From Mytilus californianus (Eukaryota): 64,000 bases of DNA. The DNA is taken from assembly GCF_021869535.1 (NCBI RefSeq), contig NW_026262734.1, positions 91,202,001-91,266,000 on the forward strand. Direction: 5' to 3'. Of this stretch, positions 1 through 12,508 are shown one piece after another. The notes under the pieces were generated by a model, which saw nothing but the letters and a program-made list of their open reading frames with translations, made no database searches and was not told where the DNA came from. The first letter of the stretch is position 1, and every line of letters begins with the position of its first letter. The translations under genes and the position numbers were made by a program.

Positions 1-36
1 TACTGGACAGTTTTAAAACATATATGCAGTACACAC

Positions 37-158
37 CTTTTAATACCCATGTCCCTAATGGCTGTAGCTGGTGGTCCAATAAAAATCACCCCTTCCTTAC
101 TACACATTTCTGCAAACTCTGTATTCTCTGACAGGAATCCATATCCAGGGTGAATAGC
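37..158 (-). CDS. MCCC1: Methylcrotonoyl-CoA carboxylase alpha subunit, internal exon (biotin carboxylase domain); gene continues off the left edge
   Basis: cag|GCT...AAAAG|gtgtgt; translates [40 protein letters not shown], the biotin carboxylase motif; [11 protein letters not shown] is MCCC1-type. 122 nt, phase 0 to 2. Confidence 0.93.
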
Positions 159-502
159 CTGTATGAAAAGAAATATGACTCTGTATAAAAACCTCTTAAA
201 CATAGTGGTTTTAGATTTTAAATCTTATATTAAAAAAGAAGGGGTGTACATCAAACCACATTCTAACAAAAATAATGAGATAATCCCTGTTAATTTAAAA
301 ATGTTTGCAAGGTTTGTGATATCCTGCAAATACAACGGAATTGGCTTTACAAAAAAAAATCATTTTGATAGCATTAATTGTATGCACCATCTTCCAAAAT
401 CTGAAAACTTTTTGAAAAACATGCATCATGATATAAGTACTTTAATGATATTTTCTCTTAAATTTGAATTAGAATTATCAAAAAATGTTCTTTATACTCT
501 AC

Positions 503-598
503 CTGTGCACCAGATGATTTGGCCACATTCATTATCTTATCTTGACAAAGATAGCTCTGTGATGCAGCAGGAGGTCCAATGTGATACGCTTCATCTGC
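503..598 (-). CDS. MCCC1: MCCC1 internal exon
   Basis: tag|GCA...CAG|gtagag; 96 nt; ADEAYHIGPPAASQSYLCQDKIMNVAKSSGAQ; phase-compatible with both neighbours. Confidence 0.93.
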
Positions 599-1407
599 CT
601 ACAAATACAATCTTACAAGTTATTCATCTACATATGAAATATAAAAATAAGAAGATGTGGTATAATTGCCTATAAGAAAACTCTCCACCAGAAACCAAAT
701 GACATAGAAGTTAACAACTATAGGTCACTGTATGGCCTTCAACGATGAGCAAAACCTATACCGCATCATCAGCTATAAAAGGCCCCAAAAGGAAATACCA
801 CTTCAGAAATGGCGTTACATAGATTGTTGGTGTTTGCCAGTGGCAAATGTTTCATGCATAAACAATCTATGAAAGTCAAAATGTAGGGAAAAAAATGTCA
901 TGAAATTGCATGAATTTTCCCTTATTTCATGTATTTTGATATACTCATTTACCAGATAATATGCAAAGTAAAAAAGGAAATGTTTATTAAGGTCTCTGAA
1001 TTGAATTCAAGTTATATCTTATATAAAGTTTGATTCACCTTCCACTTGATTCTATGTAAATCATGTTTTAGAAGAAATATTTTTATCTAATCTATTTCAA
1101 TAAATTTTGTATAGGTACATTATTTGACCTGTATACATGTATTCCTAATACACTTTGTGTTGTTATTTCTTGCATTTCTTTTACTAGATCTAATTTCAGT
1201 CCTGAATTTGACAATATATCAGATTTTTTTTTGTCTTAAAAGGACCTGTTAAATCTTTGATGTTGTCATTGCTCGTGTTTCAGCTTTGTACAAAGTCATT
1301 AAATGAACATCCCAGTGTTTATGTAGAGTCACAGTGAAATGCCTACCTTACTAATAAAAAATAACCCCTTTTTAAAATTTTGAAATATACAATATGATAT
1401 TCTTTAC

Positions 1408-1547
1408 CAGTGAGACATGGAGTGAGTTTTTGTCTGCATCACTGTATACAGCGACACTTCTGATACCAAGTTTTCTAGCAGTTTGTATAACCCTACAGGC
1501 AATCTCTCCTCTGTTTGCTATCAATATCTTTTCAATGGGTTTTACAT
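1408..1547 (-). CDS. MCCC1: MCCC1 exon with the N-terminal biotin carboxylase motif
   Basis: ttttgtag|AT...CTG|gtaaag; 140 nt; [46 protein letters not shown] (ANRGEIA motif). Confidence 0.93.
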
Positions 1548-2128
1548 CTACAAAAGTTTAAAGAATATTTTGCAAATATTTATTATTGTTTCAAGATTAA
1601 TTCTGCACTTGAATCATGAATGTCTCTCAATAATTTTCCCATACAACGTATTCTCAGTTACAATAAATTTGCTGATATTGAATGAATACTTGGAAAATAT
1701 CTTGAGTTCTCAATATAATGTGTACATACTTTATAAATATGTTTTGCTAACTAAACATGCTAAACGGGATGGGTTTTGCTCATTGTTGAAGGCCCTATGA
1801 ATACCTTTTGAACATTGTTTAAATCAGCTTCATTTGGACTCTGTTGGATCATGTGGCATTCATACCACATCTCCTCATCTTATTATGAGTCTTAATATTG
1901 TTATGTGTTTGTTGTTTCCTTGGGTTTTACTTCACTCTCTGTGCATTCGTATGATTTGATTTATTTCAGTATGCTTCATTCATTTAGGACATTTAACATG
2001 CTAAATAAAAAAAATTACTCTGAAACAAACTGCTGTCTTAAAAAAATATCATAGGGACATATTTAGTTCCTTACGTTTTTTAATTACATTACAATAAAAC
2101 TATGAACATCTGATGGCAAAAATAATGA

Positions 2129-2819
2129 AAATTCGTAAGGGTTCCGTGGAACCCAGTGTCTCGCCTACTTTTGCTGTTAATCGCAGGCTCAACAAAAATG
2201 AGGAAAAAAATATAAAAAAAATTCCTCTCTATACTATCTTTTGATCGTAAGTAGCTTCTATCCAAGTTTGGTAAAAATCCAGGATAGTTTATGAATCTAA
2301 TAAATGTTTTAAAAACTTAAACTGCAGACTGTATGTAATGTTAACTGGAAGAAAAACAAAGTCCATTTATAAGTAAAATACGGAAAAAATCAAACAAAAT
2401 TTTAACAAAATTTCCTTCTAGATACTAGCTTTTAATCATAAACAAGCTTCTGTCCAAGTTTGGTACAAATCCAGGATAGTTTAAGAAAGTTATTAAAATT
2501 TCAAAAACTTTAACCACAGAGTGAATGTAATGTTTCTTGGCAGAAAAACTAAGTCCATTTATCAGTAAAATACGGAAAAAATGGATTTTTTTTTTTACAA
2601 ATTTTACTTCTGGATACTATCTTATGATCATGCATAAACAAGCTTCTTTCCAAGTTTGGTAGAAATCCAGGATAGTTTAAGAAAGTTATTAAAATTTCAA
2701 AAACTTTAACCACAGAGTGAATATTTGTGGACGCCGCCGACGACAACGACGACGACGCCGACGGAATGTAGGATCGCTATGTCTCGCTTTTTAGACAAAA
2801 GTCGAAGGCTCGACAAAAA
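2129..2819 (-). mobile_element. Helentron-like non-autonomous element in an MCCC1 intron
   Basis: Terminal hairpin GGGTTCCGTGGAACCC, (GAC)n microsatellite near the other end, ~165-bp internal repeats, T-rich flanks. Confidence 0.75.
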
Positions 2820-2941
2820 CAACACTTAATAAATTTCATGTATCTGAACTTCTGAAATGCTCTTCTGGATTTACCTGCATCAGCAAGGTATGACTGTGTT
2901 ATATTGAGTATGGATAAATATTCTTTAAAACAAATACTTAC

Positions 2942-2991
2942 TTGCATTTCCACTAGATAATGACCTTTCTGAATGCAACTTAATTCTTGAC
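2942..2991 (-). CDS. MCCC1: Probable MCCC1 presequence exon (start-codon exon not resolved)
   Basis: Strong acceptor ttttattttatag| and donor |gtaagt; 50 nt, phase 2 to 1, fits the next exon; SRIKLHSERSLSSGNA resembles a mitochondrial presequence. Confidence 0.6.
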
Positions 2992-5037
2992 CTATAAAAT
3001 AAAATAAAATGTCAACTTACTAAAATGCATACCAAACAGTCCTTTAGAATAATATTACTATTATCTAAATTTTCTAATTCATGTTTGAGATAAAAATATC
3101 AACTTGAACTTAAACTTGCAGTGAGGTGAGAATTTTTTTTTTTTTTGGTACCTAGTTGAAGGCCTCATTGTGACTTTGAGATGAAGAAAAGCTGTTCCTT
3201 TTTTTTTTTTTTTTTTTTTTGTGTATTTTTTGCTGTTTTTGCTGTGCATATACTGATTTTGTGTCATGGATGGATACCCCATATCCTTTTTTCTACATAA
3301 CATGACTACTTAGTTTTTATGTATTACTAAATTAAGTCAATAGATTATAAAAACATGTCACCATACCAGCAGGATATACGATTCTGACTGTGAGCTGACC
3401 GATCTTTGCCCTTATTCCTGAATGCTGCTTGAGTAGCAGAAATGCAGCAAATACCAATTTTCAATTCTTGTGTTTGCCTGAACCAAAGTGACATAAATAG
3501 GGAATAGAGAAGCAGTAAATACCAATTTTCAAGTTTTGGGTTTGGGTTTGCCCTGCCAAAAGGCACATAAATGCATGGTAGAAGGGTCAATTTGAGATTA
3601 AAAAATTCAACAACCGGCAGGTGTTGACAAAACCTTTCAAAATTTCCATTATTTGTAGGATTTATCCTTTAACATTATAAAGAAGCATACAATTTCCCAC
3701 AAAATTGTATCTGTTTGAGCATAGTATTTGCAACAAATTTGCACACATCTCATTCTGACATATCTGATTCTGAAAAGTATAATGCATGCAAGTAAAATAA
3801 ACATGCAGAATCCAATTCACAATTCTTAAAAACAAATCACCTCAGGAGCTCATCAAGTACATGTAACACCTGCCTCGTACTATTCTATAGAAAGAGTTTT
3901 TTTTTTGTCATTTGGACTGTTAAGCATTTTTTCATGTCCAGACTGTTATTATAAGATTACAAAACAGTATGGGTATGGGTTTTGCTCATGGTTGAAAGCT
4001 GTTTGATGACATATAGTTGCTTACATCTATATCATTTGATCTCTTGGAATAGTAATATTTCATTGGCAATCATACCAAATCTTATGACACGTGAAAGTCA
4101 AATTATTGTGCCGTGAAAACGGGAAATGATGTCTAGCGGGATACGGGAAATTACAAAAAAAATGAGAATTGCTTACGTACATAGTGTAAGCGGGATACGG
4201 GAATCTGATAAAACAGTAAGCGGGATGCGGGATCAGAACCCCCCAATGAGACCCCCGACAAAGAGTGGAAATCAGGGCGAAACGAACTGGATTCATTTTT
4301 ATAAATATCTAACTTCTCTGAATGCCTCTTTTGAGGTATTTAGTTAAAGAAATCAGGGATTTCAAGTGTCATGTTTTAAACTCTATTCAGGGAAATTTCC
4401 AATAAATCAAGAAGATGTTTCTTACTGTTAAATATAACTGTACACAAGTCAATGATTTATCAAGGTTTTTCTAGGGCATGCTTTTAAATTTTTATTTTTT
4501 AACCTTTGTAACAATAGAAATTTATTGTATGGCAATCTATTTGGTAAACTGCAAGCCATGTTAATTTATGTTTGTCCTATAAACAGAAGTTTAACATTTA
4601 ACACCTCCCCGTCCTTCACATGTCAACAAACATTTATCGATGTTGTAAGCGGATAAAAGTTAAACACACGCTTGTAATCTTTACTCAATGATCGAATATT
4701 ACTTTCATGCAAAACATATTTTGGAAAAAATAGTAATTGATTTTTTTTAACCTATTTACTAATTCCTCGTGACAATTTCAAAGAAATTTACAAAAGGATT
4801 TTATTATGATATAAGGGGCAAATTACAAGCATTTGTTTGATTCAGACTCTGCAACTGAAGCTGACCAAAATGAAAACCACACAGGTACACATCCATGAAT
4901 CAATTATGTTCTGTTCTACAGTAGCTACAGTTTCTTTTCCTTAGAATAATTCTTTTTTAAACACGATGCTATTTTTATATTTTACCAGTTTATCTGTTTA
5001 TTGTCTGTGTTTTTTTTGCATAACCATCATGACCGTC

Positions 5038-5159
5038 TAGTCCAAATAATTATGACGTCTTGGAAGGCTATTTTAAATTTTTGCTTTAACGCCTTCTTGC
5101 GTAAGGCGTCAAAGAAAAAAATATAATAGCCTTTCAAGACGTCATAATTATTTGGACTA
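5038..5159. mobile_element. Foldback MITE with 10-bp TSD (Mutator-like); diverged second copy at 29041-29150
   Basis: TIR TAGTCCAAATAATTATGACGTCTT; CATGACCGTC duplicated at 5028-5037 and 5160-5169. Confidence 0.85.
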
Positions 5160-5189
5160 CATGACCGTCCTAACCTTTTGTCTGAAATA

Positions 5190-5600
5190 CGTCATTTCTG
5201 GAATCATGTCTTTCACCGGAAAAGATCGTCAATTTCGCACGCCTTTATGACGTCATTTACCAGATAGAAGGCGCACCTGTATTCCTGCTCTATAAAAAGT
5301 TTCCAGCACTTTCAAAATTGTCATTCTGTAGGGTAGTATAAAAATAATTTATGTTCCGTAAGTACGTATAATCATGGTAATCTTGATTCCCGTACGAATG
5401 AGGGAGGAGACCATCTTATTAGATTTTAATTTCCAAAATATTTTGTGCAGTATAAAATCAAACTTTTTCATCCGTTTGCTCATCATGTCTTGGAAGTGAC
5501 GATGCCTACATTTTGGTCACGTGGTGATGGAAGTCACATGACAGATTCAACTAAAAACCGTATCCCGGAACTGCCATATTGGCATGTACACCTCATACAA
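5190..5600. promoter_or_regulatory. Candidate promoter region upstream of MCCC1
   Basis: Locally CpG-richer; perfect CRE TGACGTCA 5248-5255, E-box CACGTG 5518-5523, ETS-like CCGGAA 5565-5570. Function is inferred only. Confidence 0.3.
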
Positions 5601-5699
5601 ATTTCTTAATACAATATATCATGTGCCATCGGAAATTTTTTACGACCTGGCAGGACCTATAAATGTTACAGTTTGGGTATATTGATAATATTATCATAG

Positions 5700-6700
5700 T
5701 TATTGTCCTCCGTGCCTCACACCGCTGGATATATGATAAATTATGGCCTCTGTTTTCCGCCCATCGACCCTTTGTCGGTCTAAAACACATCAATACTCAG
5801 ATACAGTTTGACATGCAGCTTTCATACTTGGTAGGAATATTTTTCATATTCTCTTATGCCATGGTCAGTTTTATTTATAATTTTTACAAGAGTTGTTTGG
5901 CCATTATTTTTTAGTATTCTTACAATGACGTCTTGTGAGTACAACTCCTCTGAGAGCGTCTAACAGAAGTTCTCATACTTGGTAGGATTGTTTTCCATCA
6001 TATGTAGTTGGCCATATAATGTTCTACCATTTTGATTTGACTATTTTTGTGGGAGTTAAATGGGATTTTGACCTTCTTTTTTGGGGAGGTATTGTGACAA
6101 TAATACCTTTAATTAACTTGGAAAAGCAATTCCTCTGAGGCTGTTTCACTGAAAGCTTTCATACTTAATAGGATGTTCGCAATCATCATGATCACGTATA
6201 CACATGTAGTTGACCGTATTGTATTATCATTCTGATTCAACCATATTTAACAGGAGTTATGGGACTTTGACTATTTTTTTTAGTGTTGTGACCATTTAAC
6301 AGCTTGTCCATGCAACTCCTCTGATATCGTTTTACGAAAAGCTCTCACACTTGGTAGTATTGTTTGCCATCATGTTAAGTTGACCCTTTTATACTGTCAC
6401 TTTGATCTGACCATTTTTATGGGAGTTATGGGACTTTGGCTATTTTTTGGAGTATTGTAATACTAATAGCATCACCTTATTAAAACAACTTCTCTGAAAC
6501 AATTTGACAGACAACTCTCATTCTTGGTAGGAATGTTTGCAACCATGTTAAGTTGACCACATTGTACCATCAATTTGATTTGACAATGTTTGTGAGAGTT
6601 ATTGGTCTAGATCTTTTACCATATTTTGACTATTATCCCACAAGTTAATTCCTCATTTATACAGTGTGGGGGACATTTCGCTACAGTGTAGCAATCTCGT
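5700..6700 (+). mobile_element. Old Helentron-like element with degenerate ~180-bp internal repeats
   Basis: Recurring ACTCCTCTGA...CATACTTGGTAGG...GGGAGTTATGGGACTTTG blocks; 3' GTGTGGGGGACA followed by hairpin GCTACAGTGTAGC. Confidence 0.55.
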
Positions 6701-8127
6701 CCCTTTTGGGATTCTGAGAGCGGAGCTATTTTCTGATTTGACTGCCCACTCAATATCTTATCATATCCACAAAAAAGTAGTCTGAAAAATTAGTGGGCAG
6801 CCAAACCAGAAAATACATGTAGCTCCAGCCACAGAACTCCAAAAGGGATTAATTGATATGTAGTCAGTGGCCTATTCAGAATGTGAAGAGGACATTTAGT
6901 CTGGGAGAACATGATTAATTTATTAGTTCTACAATGTAATTGGCTTTGAACTAGCTTTCAGTAACTGTGAATACTCTTATATCGGGGCTTTGTGTCTTTT
7001 ATTTTTATGTTGGTTGTTATTTTTATGCTTCATCATGTTCATACCGATCTATTGAGACAAGTCATTTGCAACTGATTGTATTGGTTTGTTCTTTATGTTA
7101 AGCTGTTACACCTCTATCCTAGGTTAGGATGAGGGTTGAGCTCTCACAAGCTTGTTAAACACAGCAGCATTCTTTATATGTCTATTCCAAGTCATGAGCC
7201 TGTAATTCAGTGGTTGTTGCATGTTCATGTCTGTCATATTTGTTTTTTAGAAACATGATAAATTGAACAGTTATAAATTAGTCCATTTGTTTTCTTGTTT
7301 GAATTGACCACATTTATCATGTTGGGGCGCGGCCTTTTAAGGTATCTATACGGTATGGGTTTTTCTCATTTTTGAAGGCAGTATTGTGATCTATAATTGG
7401 CAATTGCTAACATCCACATCACTTGAACTCTGGTTGCTTATAAGTTGTCTCGTTGCCATTGGCGCATCTCCTTATTTTTTATATAATTATTTTAAAGATG
7501 GCATTTCAGATGTACCCATGGGGCCATATTGTCTATTAACTTTTACAATGATCTTCTCTAAATCTACCAAGCTGACTGCAGCCAAACTTAATTCAAAGTT
7601 GAAAGCATGATGCAACTTGCGACCTCAGATAACTTGAACATTGGATGATAGGTCAAATAGTTATGTCGGGTCCTTCAAATTATCGAGGTTCTACTGTATC
7701 ATGTGTATGACATGTCACTATGAAGATATAGAAAGAATCTTAGTTTAACAAATATAACATGTTCACTTCCAGTCACTTTTTTTTATAGTAGGTATTTTTT
7801 TTAATAGTTTATCATCTTTGTGTGGAAGAAGAAATTTGATTTAATTTGATTTTTTATACCGGTCTGCCACTTAAATTGATAAACATTTTTTTTTTTTTTT
7901 TCTTTTCAGAAAGATCATTTTATGATCAGATAGCATATTCTGTCTTGAGGGATGCATTATATTGTTTGTATAAAGGATTTCAAATTAAAGACCTCATGTA
8001 CTGGTATCTCATTACTCTTATTGTTACAACAATGTAGTTCTAGTGAATTGTTATTCCAATAACAATAAGCTGATATTAGAACAGAAAAAATTACGTTACA
8101 GGATATGAAATTAATTTTAAATATTTG

Positions 8128-8494
8128 ATGAAAATGTTTCACGTCAAATTTTTCAGTAATCTGGAAACAAACCAGCTGTTTCTGGTTTTCTTCCTGTTTT
8201 TTCTAAGTGCAATATATCTTTGGAAAAAAACACATAATGGTTTTCCACCTGGGCCATTTCCATGGCCGATCATTGGAAATCCTATCTTATTCCAAGGAAG
8301 ACACCACATCCGATTAACAAATTTGAAGAATAAATATGGTGATATATTTAGTCTTAAAGCTGGTAAAAACAGAATTGTGTTTGTTTGTTCATTGGATGGT
8401 GTGATAAATGGTCTGAACCAATCAGATGACACATTTGATGACCGACCAAACCTACCATCTTTTCATTGGTTGTTCCATGGTTGCAGGCAAAAAG
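8128..8494 (+). CDS. Cytochrome P450 (clan 2, CYP1/CYP17-like), coding exon 1
   Basis: ATG 8128 (or 8134), hydrophobic anchor, PPGPFPWPIIGN proline-rich hinge, KYGDIFSL; donor AAAG|gtaata, phase 1. Confidence 0.92.
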
Positions 8495-8962
8495 GTAATA
8501 GTCAATTATATACATGTATGTAAATTTTATTTCTCAAATTAATTAAGTTTTCTTCTTTCTTGCTTGTTTTTTCTTCCTTTATTTTTATTCATGTTTAAAC
8601 TTTAATACAGAAAAAAATGTGTTTTTTATTTGTTGTCATTATAGTGAGGACTAAGAGAAACCAAACTGAATGACTTGTATACACATATATATATATATAT
8701 ATATATAAACGCACAAATTGTTGAAAAAGTTTGATATTGATTTGTTTCATGATTTCAAAATTAGTAGTCTCAGGCTTAGAACACAACAAATGTTTCATAA
8801 ATTTGTTTATCATTGAAACTAGACTGCAAAGTTTTGTTAATAACGAAAACAATGAATGTTAACTTTTCTAATTGGCATATTCATTTTGTATAATATTACA
8901 TCAACAATTTACAATATATATACAATATAGTATAGAACATTTATATTGTTGTTTCATTTTAG

Positions 8963-9742
8963 GTTTGGGAACTGCAGATTTTGACGAAAAAACATCAATT
9001 AAGAAAAAATTCATCATAGACTGTCTCGGAAGTTATTGTTCCGTAGATACAAACATTGAAGAAAAGATAACTACCGAGGCAGTAAATCTCTTATGTTATT
9101 TTCTTAAACAAGAAGAAGAATTTGACCCAAAAGAATCATTCCAATTTGCTCATTTGCATATTATGATGACATTAGTTTTCCATCAAACACAAGACCAAGC
9201 CATACAGGATGTTTATAAATCACTTAAAACACGATCAGATGCAAAGAAAGTCTTTAGTCCTAATAATTTCTTTCCATTTTTACATTCTTTTTATAAAGAC
9301 GATTTTCAAAATACAGTTGAAAGAACTGAATTTCAGATGGCATTTCAAAGAGACATGCTCAATCATCACAAAGACACTTACAGTCCTCATAGACTCAGAG
9401 ACATAGTAGATCACTTGCTCTTGTTTATAGAAAGTGATGAGGATAGAGGTCTTATTGATTGTGATGACATCGAGTACCTCCTAATGGAGATATTTGAGTC
9501 AGGGTTTTCAGCAGTGCCAGCGATCCTACAGTGGCTCATTGGTTACATGGTGGCTTTTCCAGATAGCCAAAAATTAGTTCAGAAGGAAATAGATGAAGTT
9601 GTCGGCAGAGAGAGATTTCCATCCTTAGTCAATCAGCCATATTTACCTTACACAATGGCCGTTATTTTAGAGGTCCAGAGAATCGTAACTGTATTCCCTT
9701 TCCTGCAGCCTCACAGAACAACAAAGCACTGTGTATTTCAAG
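8963..9742 (+). CDS. Cytochrome P450 coding exon 2 (helices C to K)
   Basis: ttttag|GT...CAAG|gtaatc; 780 nt; contains VQKEIDEVVG, LPYTMAVILEVQR (ExxR). Confidence 0.92.
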
Positions 9743-10297
9743 GTAATCCTTTTCAGGCCACAACAAAATATAGTTCTGTTTCCAGCCTTAATGTTCAAGC
9801 TTAACCTATTTTGTGAATGTTTTTGTTTAAGCATACCGGTAGTTAAAGTCCCGTCATTTTTGGTTATGCATAGTTAAGATCTCTAAAATTTTACTCTTGT
9901 TTATTGTTTTATTGGTCAGAATTTAAATATAATATCAAATTCCATTGTTATTTTCTGGTTAAGCTGTTATATATGTCAGCATAAAATAAGAAATCATGCA
10001 TCATGACAAAAAATAAAACGTCAATTATATTTTGTACAGATCATAAGAAAAGAACATTAAAGAACATTAAAGTTCATCATCAGATTGTTCAGTGCTGTTT
10101 AAAAATTGTAAATAAAAAGTTTTCCTAAGGGAAATTACGTTACATTTTTCAATTCTAGCAAAATTTTCAAATGCATGTATTTAAAAGCATCAATATCATT
10201 GAAATTTTAAATTCAAATCAACCATTTCAATAGCAATATCATATAGTACTGTAGAGTAGAATCAATATTTATCTCTTATTTAACAAATGATTTTCAG

Positions 10298-10397
10298 GTT
10301 TTGATATACCAGAAGATACAATAATGATGTTTAACATTTGGAGTATTCATCATGATAAAAGATACTGGAAAAATCCAATGAGATTTGACCCACACAG
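10298..10397 (+). CDS. Cytochrome P450 coding exon 3
   Basis: ttttcag|GT...AG|gttagt; 100 nt; FDIPEDTIMMFNIWSIHHDKRYWKNPMRFDPHR (PERF-type meander). Confidence 0.9.
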
Positions 10398-11221
10398 GTT
10401 AGTTTGAATATTTAAGAATTGCATGAAATTTAACTTTGTCCGTACTTCTTTATCCAATACTTATTGCGTCAACTTGCAAGTTTCAGCTATTTCTAACAAT
10501 ACATACAATTAGGTGTGGATCCAGGAGAATTAGGAGTTAGAGGACCATATTTTGACAAAAAAATGGCTGTAATTTTATCTATAAATACATTTTTTTCTGG
10601 GTTTTTTTTTGGTGTGCAGTTGTTTAAACTTTGTCATTTCTAATTTCCATTGAGATTATTTGGCCCGCCCCCTCAATCATGCTCTTTTTACTTGGAACCT
10701 TATGTTACTTTGAAAATTCATTTATTAGCTTTTGATTAGGTTAGTATTAGGGAAACCAATAGTGGTAGGTCAATGATAATTGGCATGCAGGTGTAGAAGC
10801 ATTAGTATGTCTCATTTCCATAGCGGATATTTGGTCCTTACCCCTCAGTCATAAGCATGATCTATTGACTTTGAAACTTTTACTTAGTTTACATGTATTA
10901 GTTTGTGATTATTATGATGATGTCAGTTTAATATTACCAGTAATCTTAAGTCAAAGTTATTTGGTATGCAAACGTATTGGTATTTAAAAGGTTCATTTCC
11001 ATGGATATTATTTAACCCCACCTCCTCATTATGGTTCATTGACTTAGAAATTGAATTTGTGTTAAGGTTTGTTTAAAGGGAATGACTTATGAAAAGTCAA
11101 TGGTATTTGGTAAGCAGTTGTATAAACATTGGCACATCTCATTTCCATGGAGTTTGTTCAGCCCTGTACCATCAGTCATGGTTCATTGTCTTTGAATATA
11201 TTTTACATGTTAAAGTATTCC

Positions 11222-12508
11222 TTTTTAGCTCACCTGGCCCAACGGGCCAAGTGAGCTTTTCTCATCACTTGGTGTCCGTCGTCCGTAAACTTTTACAAAA
11301 ATCTTCTCCTCTGAAACTACTGGGCCAAATTTGACCAAACTTGGCCACAATCATTATGAGGGTATGTAGTTTAAAAAATGTGTCTGGCCATCCCGCCAAC
11401 CAACCAAGATGGCCACCATGGCTAAAAATAGAACATAGGGTAAAAATGTAGATTTTGGCTTATAACTCTCAAACCAAAGCATTTACATCAAATCTGACAT
11501 GGGGGTAAAATTGTAAATTAGGTCAAGATCTATCTGCCCTGAAATTTTCAGATGAATCGGATAACCCGTTGTTAGGTTGCTGCCCCTGAATAGGTAATTT
11601 TAAGGAAATTTTGTTGTTTTTGGTTATTATCTTGAATATTATTATAGATAGAGATAAACTGTAAACAGCAATAATGTACAGCAAAGTAAGATCTACAAAT
11701 AAGTTAACATGACAAAAATGGTCAGTTGACCCCTTAAGGAGTTATTGCCCTTTATAGTCAATTTGTAACCATTTTTCTAATTTTTGTAATCTTTTACAAA
11801 AATCTTCTCCTCTGAAACTACTAAGACAAATTTAAACCAAACTTGTCCACAATCATCATGAGGGTATGTAATTTAAAAAATGTGTCCGATGACCCTGCCC
11901 CCGAACCAAGATGGCCGACATGGCTAAAAAATAGTACATAGGGTAAAATGCAGTGTTTGGCTCATATCTCTGAAACCAAAGCATTTAGAGCAAATCTGAC
12001 GGGATAAAATTGTTCATTAGGTCAAGGTCTATCTGCCCTGAAACTTTCAGACCAATCAGGCAACACGTTGTTGGGTTGCTGCCCCTGAACTGGTAATTTT
12101 AAGAAAATTTTGCAGCTTTTGGTTATTATCTTGAATATTATTATAGATGGAGATAAACTGTAAACAGCAATAATGTACAGCAAAGTAAGATTTACAAATA
12201 AGTCAAACATGACCAAAATTATCAATTGACCCCTTAAGGAGTTATTGCCCTTTATAGTAAATTTTTTACAATTTTCATAAATTTTGTAAATTTTTGTAAA
12301 TTTTTACAAAATATTTTCCACTGTAACTACTGGGCCAAGTTCATTATAGATAGAGATAATTGTAAGCAGCAAGAATGTTCAGTAAAGTAAGATCTACTAA
12401 CACATCACCATCACCAAAACACAATTTTGTCATGAATCCATCTGTGTCCTTTGTTTAATATACACATAGACCAAGGTGAGCAACACCGGCTCTTTAGAGC
12501 CTCTAGTT
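11222..12508 (+). mobile_element. Helentron-like element in P450 intron 3
   Basis: 5' AGCTCACCTGGCCC..GGGCCAAGTGAGCT hairpin, GTCC repeats, duplicated ~480-bp core, 3' GGTGAGC...GGCTCTTTAGAGCC hairpin. Confidence 0.8.

Noticed and set aside
163-675. 170-aa plus-strand ORF
   Set aside because: Antisense to an MCCC1 exon and intron, AT-rich low-information sequence, ends in a dispersed repeat.
3345-3590. 81-aa minus-strand ORF as an independent gene
   Set aside because: Contains a degenerate ~60-bp internal duplication and no recognisable domain; at most its 3' part is an MCCC1 5' exon candidate.
4126-4347. ORF with repeated SGIR/SGMR
   Set aside because: Reflects GCGGGATACGGGA subterminal repeats of a truncated TIR element, not a protein.
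8139-8432. Antisense ORFs over real exons (also 41831-42145, 43069-43251, 56386-56754, 62557-62760)
   Set aside because: Shadow frames of the P450, PGAM5 and Kv coding exons.
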